Shown here: piece after piece, positions 1 to 7,203 of the stretch | Layout of the letters: each line of letters starts with the position of its first letter | How positions within the stretch are numbered: the first letter of the stretch is position 1 | DNA from: Myxococcales bacterium | GTDB lineage: Bacteria > Myxococcota_A > Polyangia > Polyangiales > GCA-016699535 | DNA: 64,000 nucleotides | Assembly (NCBI GenBank): GCA_020633325.1 | Contig: JACKDX010000001.1 | Coordinates: 1,522,179-1,586,178 of the forward strand | Direction: 5' to 3' | Position numbers and translations under genes: made by a program | Notes under the pieces: generated by a model | Database searches by the model: none | What the model was told of the DNA's origin: nothing | The model's input: the letters and a program-made list of their open reading frames with translations, nothing else

Positions 1-824
1 TCGGGGCAATGTGCACCCGCATTGCAGGCGTAGGTGCAGACCTTTGGTCCAGCGCCAGGTATGGGCTCGCACAGGCCATCATCGAGGTCTGACACGCCAC
101 AGTCGCTATCTATTGAGCAGGGTTTGGGGACATCCCCGGTCAAATCCAGCACCGCACGACACGTCGTTAGGGGCTCGGCCACCCCGCAGAAGATCTTGCC
201 TGTGACGCCCGAGAGGGTCGTGCGGGCAAGGGCACTGCTGTAGGGTTTAGAACACTCCAGATCTGCATCCTTTAGGCAATGGCCGCCGAGTTGGGTGACG
301 GGGCCGCCTTCGGGGCTAAACTGCATGGGGACGCACAAGAGGGTTTCTGCGCACTCGCTATCGGCTTTACAGGGAGAGCACGTCTGGACAGTGCCCCTGG
401 GGGTGCTGGTGCAGGTGTGGGTCGCGGGGTCACAGGCGTTGAGGCCGCAGGCAGTGGCCTCCGTCTGTATGGTGCAGGCCACGCAGGTGCCATCCTCGCA
501 TATACCCAGTCCCAGGTGCGCGCATTGTCCGTCGTCCGTGCAAGGTTGGCAGGTGTGGTCTGGGTCGCACACAGGGGCTTCGTTATTGGTGCACTCGGTG
601 TTCTTCAGACAGGCGACGCACTGGCCTAGGGGCTCATCACAGTAGGGCGCTTCTCGATCATCCGCGCAGTGCGCACTCTGCAAACACGCCACACATGTCT
701 TGAGGGTAAGGTGGCAATAGGGAAGCTCGCCTTCGCAACGCTTCCCGCACGGCCCGTCTTTATCGACGGTGCATGTCGTGATGAGCAGGAGCAGGATGCA
801 GGCGCTTGTGTAACGGGGTCTCAT
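1..824 (-). CDS. Cysteine-rich repeat lipoprotein, array copy D (3' end truncated by the window edge)
   Basis: ATG at 824-822 overlaps the stop of copy C by 1 nt (TGATG). The reading frame and sequence match copies B and C, with N-terminus MRPRYTSACILLLLITTC. It differs from copy C by a patch at 111-135 (25 vs 28 nt) and two synonymous changes (315, 327). Confidence 0.8.
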   Translation of the reverse strand, partial: MRPRYTSACILLLLITTCTVDKDGPCGKRCEGELPYCHLTLKTCVACLQSAHCADDREAPYCDEPLGQCVACLKNTECTNNEAPVCDPDHTCQPCTDDGQCAHLGLGICEDGTCVACTIQTEATACGLNACDPATHTCTSTPRGTVQTCSPCKADSECAETLLCVPMQFSPEGGPVTQLGGHCLKDADLECSKPYSSALARTTLSGVTGKIFCGVAEPLTTCRAVLDLTGDVPKPCSIDSDCGVSDLDDGLCEPIPGAGPKVCTYACNAGAHCP

Positions 825-1696
825 CAGAGCTTTCCGCAATAGCCGCCTCCGGCGGGGCAGGCAAAACCATCGGGGCAATGTGCACCCGCATTGCAGGCGT
901 AGGTGCAGACCTTTGGTCCAGCGCCAGGTATGGGCTCGCACAGGCCATCATCGAGGTCTGACACGCCACAGTCGCTATCCGTGCTACACGCTTTTGGTCC
1001 GGTGCCGCCGGTCAAATCCAGCACCGCACGACACGTCGTCAGGGGCTCGGCCACCCCGCAGAAGATCTTGCCTGTGACGCCCGAGAGGGTCGTGCGGGCA
1101 AGGGCACTGCTGTAGGGGTTAGAACACTCCAGATCTGCATCCTTTAGGCAATGGCCGCCGAGTTGGGTGACGGGGCCGCCTTCGGGACTAAACTGCATAG
1201 GGACGCACAAGAGGGTTTCTGCGCACTCGCTATCGGCTTTACAGGGAGAGCACGTCTGGACAGTGCCCCTGGGGGTGCTGGTGCAGGTGTGGGTCGCGGG
1301 GTCACAGGCGTTGAGGCCGCAGGCAGTGGCCTCCGTCTGTATGGTGCAGGCCACGCAGGTGCCATCCTCGCATATACCCAGTCCCAGGTGCGCGCATTGT
1401 CCGTCGTCCGTGCAAGGTTGGCAGGTGTGGTCTGGGTCGCACACAGGGGCTTCGTTATTGGTGCACTCGGTGTTCTTCAGACAGGCGACGCACTGGCCTA
1501 GGGGCTCATCACAGTAGGGCGCTTCTCGATCATCCGCGCAGTGCGCACTCTGCAAACACGCCACACATGTCTTGAGGGTAAGGTGGCAATAGGGAAGCTC
1601 GCCTTCGCAACGCTTCCCGCACGGCCCGTCTTTATCGACGGTGCATGTCGTGATGAGCAGGAGCAGGATGCAGGCGCTTGTGTAACGGGGTCTCAT
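824..1696 (-). CDS. Cysteine-rich repeat lipoprotein, array copy C (290 aa)
   Basis: ORF 824..1813 trimmed to the internal ATG at 1696, which overlaps the upstream stop by 1 nt. The signal peptide MRPRYTSACILLLLITTC ends in a lipobox-like Cys. I count 38 Cys, arranged in C-x2-C-x5-C-x7-8-C modules of about 23-24 aa (TCVACLQSAHCADDREAPYC, QCVACLKNTECTNNEAPVC, TCQPCTDDGQCAHLGLGIC). Confidence 0.82.
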   Translation of the reverse strand: MRPRYTSACILLLLITTCTVDKDGPCGKRCEGELPYCHLTLKTCVACLQSAHCADDREAPYCDEPLGQCVACLKNTECTNNEAPVCDPDHTCQPCTDDGQCAHLGLGICEDGTCVACTIQTEATACGLNACDPATHTCTSTPRGTVQTCSPCKADSECAETLLCVPMQFSPEGGPVTQLGGHCLKDADLECSNPYSSALARTTLSGVTGKIFCGVAEPLTTCRAVLDLTGGTGPKACSTDSDCGVSDLDDGLCEPIPGAGPKVCTYACNAGAHCPDGFACPAGGGYCGKL

Positions 1697-2640
1697 CAGA
1701 GCTTTCCGCAATAGCCGCCTCCGGCGGGGCAGGCAAAACCATCGGGGCAATGTGCACCCGCATTGCAGGCGTAGGTGCAGACCTTTGGTCCAGCGCCAGG
1801 TATGGGCTCGCACAGGCCATCATCGAGGTCTGACACGCCACAGTCGCTATCCGTGCTACACGCTTTTGGTCCGGTGCCGCCGGTCAAATCCAGCACCGCA
1901 CGACACGTCGTCAGGGGCTCGGCCACCCCGCAGAAGATCTTGCCTGTGACGCCCGAGAGGGTCGTGCGGGCAAGGGCACTGCTGTAGGGGTTAGAACACT
2001 CCAGATCTGCATCCTTTAGGCAATGGCCGCCGAGTTGGGTGACGGGGCCGCCTTCGGGACTAAACTGCATAGGGACGCACAAGAGGGTTTCTGCGCACTC
2101 GCTATCGGCTTTACAGGGAGAGCACGTCTGGACAGTGCCCCTGGGGGTGCTGGTGCAGGTGTGGGTCGCGGGGTCACAGGCGTTGAGGCCGCAGGTAACA
2201 GCCTCAGTCTCGACCGTGCACTCAAGGCACGTGCCAGTCTCCGCATCGCAAACGGGCAGGCTGGCATCGGTGCATGCACACGGGACGCAGGCGTGAGAGA
2301 CGGCGTTACAGTAAGGGCGCTCGGGGATGTGGTCACAGTCCGCATCATGCTGACATGCGGCGCATACATGCAGCTCTGGGTCGCACACAGGGGCTTCGTT
2401 ATTGGTGCACTCGGTGTTCTTCAGACAGGCGACGCACTGGCCTAGGGGCTCATCACAGTAGGGCGCTTCTCGATCATCCGCGCAGTGCGCACTCTGCAAA
2501 CACGCCACACATGTCTTGAGGGTAAGGTGGCAATAGGGAAGCTCGCCTTCGCAACGCTTCCCGCACGGCCCGTCTTTATCGACGGTGCATGTCGTGATGA
2601 GCAGGAGCAGGATGCAGGCGCTTGTGTAACGGGGTCTCAT
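1696..2640 (-). CDS. Cysteine-rich repeat lipoprotein, array copy B (314 aa, variant central cassette with one extra module)
   Basis: ORF 1696..2694 trimmed to the ATG at 2640 (1-nt overlap with the copy A stop). It is identical to copy C except for cassette 2196-2374 (179 nt vs 107 nt), which encodes ELHVCAACQHDADCDHIPERPYCNAVSHACVPCACTDASLPVCDAETGTCLECTVETEAVT. Confidence 0.82.
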   Translation of the reverse strand: MRPRYTSACILLLLITTCTVDKDGPCGKRCEGELPYCHLTLKTCVACLQSAHCADDREAPYCDEPLGQCVACLKNTECTNNEAPVCDPELHVCAACQHDADCDHIPERPYCNAVSHACVPCACTDASLPVCDAETGTCLECTVETEAVTCGLNACDPATHTCTSTPRGTVQTCSPCKADSECAETLLCVPMQFSPEGGPVTQLGGHCLKDADLECSNPYSSALARTTLSGVTGKIFCGVAEPLTTCRAVLDLTGGTGPKACSTDSDCGVSDLDDGLCEPIPGAGPKVCTYACNAGAHCPDGFACPAGGGYCGKL

Positions 2641-3533
2641 CAGAGCTTTCCGCAATAGCCGCCTCCGGCGGGGCAGGCAAAACCATCGGGGCAATGTGCA
2701 CCCGCATTGCAGGCGTAGGTGCAGCCGCCGACGTTCGGGGTATTGCAGATGCCATCATCGAGGTCTGACACGCCACAGTCGCTATCCGTGCTACACGCTT
2801 TTGGTCCGGTGCCGCCGGTCAAATCCAGCACCGCACGACACGTCGTCAGGGGCTCGGCCACCCCGCAGAAGATCTTGCCTGTGACGCCCGAGAGGGTCGT
2901 GCGGGCAAGGGCACTGCTGTAGGGGTTTTCGCAACCGTCGTCTGTGGGCTTCTCGCTTAGGCAATGGCCGCCGAGTTGGGTGACGGGGCCGCCTTCGGGG
3001 CTAAACTGCATGGGGACGCACAAGAGGGTTTCTGCGCACTCGCTATCGGCTTTACAGGGAGAGCACGTCTGGACAGTGCCCCTGGGGGTGCTGGTGCAGG
3101 TGTGGGTCGCGGGGTCACAGGCGTTGAGGCCGCAGGCAGTGGCCTCCGTCTGTATGGTGCAGGCCACGCAGGTGCCATCCTCGCATATACCCAGTCCCAG
3201 GTGCGCGCATTGTCCGTCGTCCGTGCAAGGTTGGCAGGTGTGGTCTGGGTCGCACACAGGGGCTTCGTTATTGGTGCACTCGGTGTTCTTCAGACAGGCG
3301 ACGCACTGGCCTAGGGGCTCATCACAGTAGGGCGCTTCTCGATCATCCGCGCAGTGCGCACTCTGCAAACACGCCACACATGTCTTGAGGGTAAGGTGGC
3401 AATAGGGAAGCTCGCCTTCGCAACGCTTCCCGCACGGCCCGTCTTTGGGATCGTCCGAGGACGTGAAGCGACACGAACACAGTGCGGCCAACACCATCAC
3501 CAAAACCATGTTGCACTTATGCGAGCTCGGCAT
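2640..3533 (-). CDS. Cysteine-rich repeat lipoprotein, array copy A (297 aa, first gene of the array)
   Basis: ATG at 3533-3531 lies directly after the TAA (3536-3534) of the upstream PEGA gene. It has a distinct signal peptide, MPSSHKCNMVLVMVLAALCSC. The body matches copies C and D except for patches 2725-2750 and 2928-2956. Confidence 0.82.
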   Translation of the reverse strand: MPSSHKCNMVLVMVLAALCSCRFTSSDDPKDGPCGKRCEGELPYCHLTLKTCVACLQSAHCADDREAPYCDEPLGQCVACLKNTECTNNEAPVCDPDHTCQPCTDDGQCAHLGLGICEDGTCVACTIQTEATACGLNACDPATHTCTSTPRGTVQTCSPCKADSECAETLLCVPMQFSPEGGPVTQLGGHCLSEKPTDDGCENPYSSALARTTLSGVTGKIFCGVAEPLTTCRAVLDLTGGTGPKACSTDSDCGVSDLDDGICNTPNVGGCTYACNAGAHCPDGFACPAGGGYCGKL

Positions 3534-4571
3534 TTAAAACTCCCCCGTAATTTTCAATCCATAATGATGCGCCTGTGGCCGGATGTCTGGCTCGATTGGA
3601 AGCGGCTTGGCCAGCAAGAAAAACAATGCGCCTCCCAGGCTCGCGACGCCAGCGCCAAGGGCAAGATAGGCACGGTAATCCATATTTCCGCGAGCGTCGC
3701 ATAGACCGCTGTCATCGACATCCCCGCTGCACTGCCCGTCGTCCACCGCCGTCCGAACGAAGGAGGTGATGCCCCAGGCGGCAGGCAGCAAGAAGCCCCC
3801 CGCAATGACGTAATTCCATGGTGAGGGGGATGAGGCAGAGCGGTCCTGCGAGTCACTGCCCGATGCACCCCAAGGTTTGAGGTGTACGGTCATGCTGTAG
3901 CGATGCGAGTCGGTGGAGGCATCCACCACGCGCCCCTCGGCTCGGTAGCCCTGCATTTCGACACGTACTCGGTGTCGTCCGGGAAGCAGCTTTCCTTCCC
4001 AGGGCACATCCCCCACTGCGCGGCCATCCACAAGCACGGACGCGCCCACCGGTGTGCCATCCACCCTGAGCGATAAATCGGCCTGAACGGCCAAAAGCGC
4101 ATCAAAGGCGTGGTCGAGGGCGGTCGCTGTTGCGCGTGACAAATCGCCTGTGCCAATCTCCGCGGCACCTTCGGCGTATGCGCCGTGCGCATCGTAGAGG
4201 CCCACGGAGAAGTTGTGTGGCCTGGCTTGGCCCGCCTCATCGGCGCGCGTCCATAGTCGGTTTCTGATCAACAACGCGGCTCCAAGCTCGGTAAGAAGCC
4301 GTTTGACACACTCGCCGCGTTCACACGGCTCAGTCTTGTCTTTTCTTGTGCGTGCCGTTTCAGCGGGAATAACACGATAGCCCCGCTTCCTGAGCGTGTC
4401 CTTGATCGATTGCTCAATGGTGGCGAGATCTTTGGGCTCGACGGGATGTTCTGAGCGCAACGGAAACAGCGCTGCTATTTTGTCCTGTGCCCGGGCTAAA
4501 GGAGCGTCGCTTGTCCCCATTCCCCAAAGCGCCATCGTCAACGCGGCAATCCATAATCGGTGTGTGAGCAT
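3534..4571 (-). CDS. PEGA-domain membrane protein (secreted N-terminal part, C-terminal hydrophobic segments)
   Basis: Signal peptide MLTHRLWIAALTMALWGMGTSDAPLARA. PEGA-like segment LRVDGTPVGASVLVDGRAVGDVPWEGKLLPGRHRVRVEMQGY. Hydrophobic C-terminal stretches (VIAGGFLLPAAWGI, LALGAGVASLGGALFFLLA). Its stop abuts the start of array copy A. Confidence 0.75.
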   Translation of the reverse strand: MLTHRLWIAALTMALWGMGTSDAPLARAQDKIAALFPLRSEHPVEPKDLATIEQSIKDTLRKRGYRVIPAETARTRKDKTEPCERGECVKRLLTELGAALLIRNRLWTRADEAGQARPHNFSVGLYDAHGAYAEGAAEIGTGDLSRATATALDHAFDALLAVQADLSLRVDGTPVGASVLVDGRAVGDVPWEGKLLPGRHRVRVEMQGYRAEGRVVDASTDSHRYSMTVHLKPWGASGSDSQDRSASSPSPWNYVIAGGFLLPAAWGITSFVRTAVDDGQCSGDVDDSGLCDARGNMDYRAYLALGAGVASLGGALFFLLAKPLPIEPDIRPQAHHYGLKITGEF

Positions 4572-4580
4572 ATCGTTTTC

Positions 4581-6290
4581 CTAGTTTCGCATAAGAAATC
4601 CAAATGAAAATCCGTGCGCGCTGACTTGTGTGCTGGCCGCGACCTGGGAACTATCGCCCATCACTTCGCGCAAGAGATACGTGACAGGTATTCCCACCAA
4701 TGGTAGCGAGGTCAACAGAACCATATCACCGAGCCCGGAGTTTATCTTTTCGTGAAAGCACTGCCCGCTCTGGGTGCCCCTGACGGTGCACTCTGACGGC
4801 ACGAGCGCCGCAATTGTCCCTAATGCTGCGCCGGTGAGACCGATCCCCCCAGCCAGCCATGCCCACCACGGTACGCCAGGCTGGGCAGGCAGCCAAAAAT
4901 GCCACGACGCGCTGAGCGAGAGTGCGCCCAGGCCGCCAAACAGCCAATGCCAGCCCCGTGTCCCGCCCTCGCCCGAGGCGTCGACATAGTGCTGGCGCAG
5001 GATCCAACCCGTGCCGAGGCCCGCCACTCCCAAACCGGCCAGCCCAGCGCCAAGCCATATAGGGCCTATGTCATCGTTCTTCTCCACTTCGGACGGCATA
5101 TCGAGCGAAGCGGGATGCCAGGGCTTGGCCTCGATGGGCCGGGCCGAGCTCAAATCGACGGACCGCTCACTGATCAGCTCGTTGATGGCCGTGCTTGCGG
5201 CATCCCAGGCGAAGCCATCGCCCTTCGGGGTGAGGCGCAGCCAGACTGAGGCTACGATTTGGTTGCGCGCCGGGACGAAACGGTCGATGCGCACCCGCCG
5301 CTCGCCCAGGGGAGCGACGACAAAGACCTCGCTTGCGTTGGCCGCATCGGCGAGTTTGTGAAGGTCCGCGGTCAAACGCGTGCTCATGATGCCCGGTGTG
5401 GCGTAATGGAGGCCGAGCTCACCATCGTCGGTGGAGAAGGCGCGATCGAAGACGCTGTCGATGACGACGCGCAAAGAATCGGCGCCCAAATGGACGCGGT
5501 GCACTCGACTCGCGCCCGACACGGGACACTCAAGTTGCGTCCAGTAGGAGCCGCCGGGCAACGGGCCACTTTGAAAGGGCGTCTGTCCGTAGCGCCGGCC
5601 GTTGAGAAAGACCGCACAGTTTGACTCGGTGCTGTTGATGGACAACGTGCCGTGCTTTTGCGCGTGCAAGTCGCTGTCCGCCTTCATGATCAACGACACC
5701 ACCTCTGGGGGATGAAGATGCGTGCTAGGTCGAGCATCCGGCACGAGACGTCGGCACTTGAGCGCGTAGCGGTATGCCTCATCGATCTTGCCGTCGTAAT
5801 GAAGGGCCCTTACCTCAAGCAAACAAATGTCAAATATGCGGGCTGCGTCTTCGTCGCGACGGTTGGTGCCATCGAGCAGCGTGTCGAGCGGGTTGAGGCA
5901 GGCTTCGACCGTTTGCTGCGTGCGTTTGGCTTGGCCGTCCACAATGTAGTTCAAGGCGCCGTCCCAACATTGCTGGAGGGTGTGACGCTGTTTGTCGTCC
6001 ATCTGAAACATGGGCCGGGAGAAGTTGTTTTCAAACCAACTTGTGGCCTCGCGCCCGGTGTAGACCGGAAAGCCAATCGCCGTCATCGTGTCTTCAAGCG
6101 AGCGCGTCGCGCCTACGGCATCTTCGCGCGCTTGCGGAGATCCGGTAGCCATCACCAGTAGCCACCTGGGGGAAGAATCGCCGGCCATGGCGGAAAGGCT
6201 CGTGCCCATGACGGTCAAAAACACCGCATACCCCCGCCAATGCCTCAATGGATGCCGCCACACCGAGGGCGAAGGTAGCAAACAATACAC
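4581..6290 (-). CDS. Large membrane-anchored protein with a PEGA-like domain; function unknown
   Basis: 569-aa ORF. Hydrophobic N-terminus (YAVFLTVMGTSLSAMA). PEGA-like LSINSTESNCAVFLNGRRYGQTPFQSGPLPGGSYWTQL. Several C-terminal hydrophobic helices (IWLGAGLAGLGVAGLGTGW, WWAWLAGGIGLTGAALGTIAAL). A 9-nt gap separates it from the next gene. Confidence 0.7.
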   Translation of the reverse strand: MYCLLPSPSVWRHPLRHWRGYAVFLTVMGTSLSAMAGDSSPRWLLVMATGSPQAREDAVGATRSLEDTMTAIGFPVYTGREATSWFENNFSRPMFQMDDKQRHTLQQCWDGALNYIVDGQAKRTQQTVEACLNPLDTLLDGTNRRDEDAARIFDICLLEVRALHYDGKIDEAYRYALKCRRLVPDARPSTHLHPPEVVSLIMKADSDLHAQKHGTLSINSTESNCAVFLNGRRYGQTPFQSGPLPGGSYWTQLECPVSGASRVHRVHLGADSLRVVIDSVFDRAFSTDDGELGLHYATPGIMSTRLTADLHKLADAANASEVFVVAPLGERRVRIDRFVPARNQIVASVWLRLTPKGDGFAWDAASTAINELISERSVDLSSARPIEAKPWHPASLDMPSEVEKNDDIGPIWLGAGLAGLGVAGLGTGWILRQHYVDASGEGGTRGWHWLFGGLGALSLSASWHFWLPAQPGVPWWAWLAGGIGLTGAALGTIAALVPSECTVRGTQSGQCFHEKINSGLGDMVLLTSLPLVGIPVTYLLREVMGDSSQVAASTQVSAHGFSFGFLMRN

Positions 6291-6437
6291 AGGTCTCCAA
6301 GGATTCTATGCGCCTCGTACACCAAGCGGGTGGGGCGAGGATGTGTCTCGAGTGCTTCTTTGCTCTCTCGCCTAGAGGAAGTGTGCGACGTCAGTCACCC
6401 CGCTAAGGCGTTTCACGCGCGCGGTGAGCGGTGAACG

Positions 6438-6932
6438 CTAGGGGCCCCCGCCACCACCGCCCCCAGCACCGCCTCCCGAGCCACCCCCGGAGCCGCCTCC
6501 TGATCCAGCGCCGACTGAGGGGCCGCCACCTGATCCGCTACCCGTCGAGGGGCCGCTTCCGGTCGACGGACCGGCACCCTGCCCGGTGCCCACTGAGGGG
6601 CTACCGATGCCGGACTGGCTGCCCGTTCCAGGCGTATGCACCGAGGTTTCCGGTTGATTGGTCCGGCCGCGGGGCCCTTTGGCGGAGCTACCGGTCGCAG
6701 CACCGTTGCCGCCTGCAGCGCCGGCTGCTCCGGCATTGCTCCTTTTGTCGGGAGTGGGTTCTTCGGCGATTTCGTCGAGGGAACTCAACTCCGCCTCGTC
6801 TTGCGCCTCCGCCACTTGCTCGGTCGTTGCGGGTTTGTAACCCTCGTAGGGATGCGAATGAGCGCACCCCACGAGCGCCACGCCGCCAAATCCTACCCCA
6901 AGCCACACATAGGGATGCCATCGAGACGTCAT
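6438..6932 (-). CDS. Lipoprotein with a long Gly/Ser/Pro-rich low-complexity C-terminal tail
   Basis: MTSRWHPYVWLGVGFGGVALVGC (lipobox LVGC). The tail reads ...GSGPSTGSGSGGGPSVGAGSGGGSGGGSGGGAGGGGGGGP. An alternative upstream ATG lies at 6959. Confidence 0.6.
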   Translation of the reverse strand: MTSRWHPYVWLGVGFGGVALVGCAHSHPYEGYKPATTEQVAEAQDEAELSSLDEIAEEPTPDKRSNAGAAGAAGGNGAATGSSAKGPRGRTNQPETSVHTPGTGSQSGIGSPSVGTGQGAGPSTGSGPSTGSGSGGGPSVGAGSGGGSGGGSGGGAGGGGGGGP

Positions 6933-7203
6933 ACAAACCCTCCACTTCGTTACGGCCATCGATGCACAACACGTGCCAGGCGCAACCCACTGAAGTTATT
7001 ATTAAAAACGCGTGCTATTTCACCCCAGTGTGGCAAACTGCCACAGTTACGCCTGAATCTCGCGCGCGGAAGGGTAGCTTCTGTAGGAGCCTTAAGGCCG
7101 TTGCTGAAAGCCGAATATGAGGTAGCCCCTGCCTTTCAGCGCAACATTCGGCGGCGCTGTAAGAGCAGGCGGCCAACCGTGCCGCGTCTCGAGCCTACCA
7201 CGC

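Larger units (their letters stand above)
1..3533 (-). repeat. Head-to-tail tandem array of gene-sized units, one unit per ORF. Start-to-start spacing is 872 nt (824->1696) and 944 nt (1696->2640); the first unit is 894 nt. The array continues beyond the window start.
   Basis: Long stretches are nucleotide-identical between units. For example, ORF-track translations 880..1077 and 1752..1949 are identical, as are 903..1115 and 1775..1987. The junction sequence tctcatcagagctttccgcaatagccgcc recurs at 821, 1691 and 2635. Confidence 0.93.

Noticed and set aside
279-3330. Repeated plus-strand ORFs of 116-140 aa (e.g. 279..629, 295..645, 1151..1501, 2023..2445, 2944..3330) and other short ORFs inside the array.
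   Set aside because: They are antisense or out-of-frame shadows of the minus-strand genes in GC-rich DNA. Their Ala/Gly/Arg/Pro-rich translations have no signal or domain features, and they recur only because the DNA is repeated.
1-3533. The regular periodicity could be mistaken for a CRISPR array or a satellite repeat.
   Set aside because: The units are 872-944 nt. Each is a complete ORF with a signal peptide and a conserved Cys scaffold. There is no short repeat/spacer organisation and no cas genes.
1-3533. A diversity-generating retroelement as the source of the variable cassettes.
   Set aside because: No reverse transcriptase or template repeat lies in the window. The differences are block replacements with in-frame indels, not scattered substitutions at adenine-templated positions. 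A donor or RT elsewhere in the genome cannot be excluded.
7029-7045. Perfect 7-bp inverted repeat TGTGGCA-AAC-TGCCACA in the intergenic region; TGGCA also recalls sigma-54 -24 elements.
   Set aside because: The GG-to-GC spacing does not fit the sigma-54 consensus (GG-N10-GC). No adjacent U-run supports a terminator. It could be an operator, but there is no further support.
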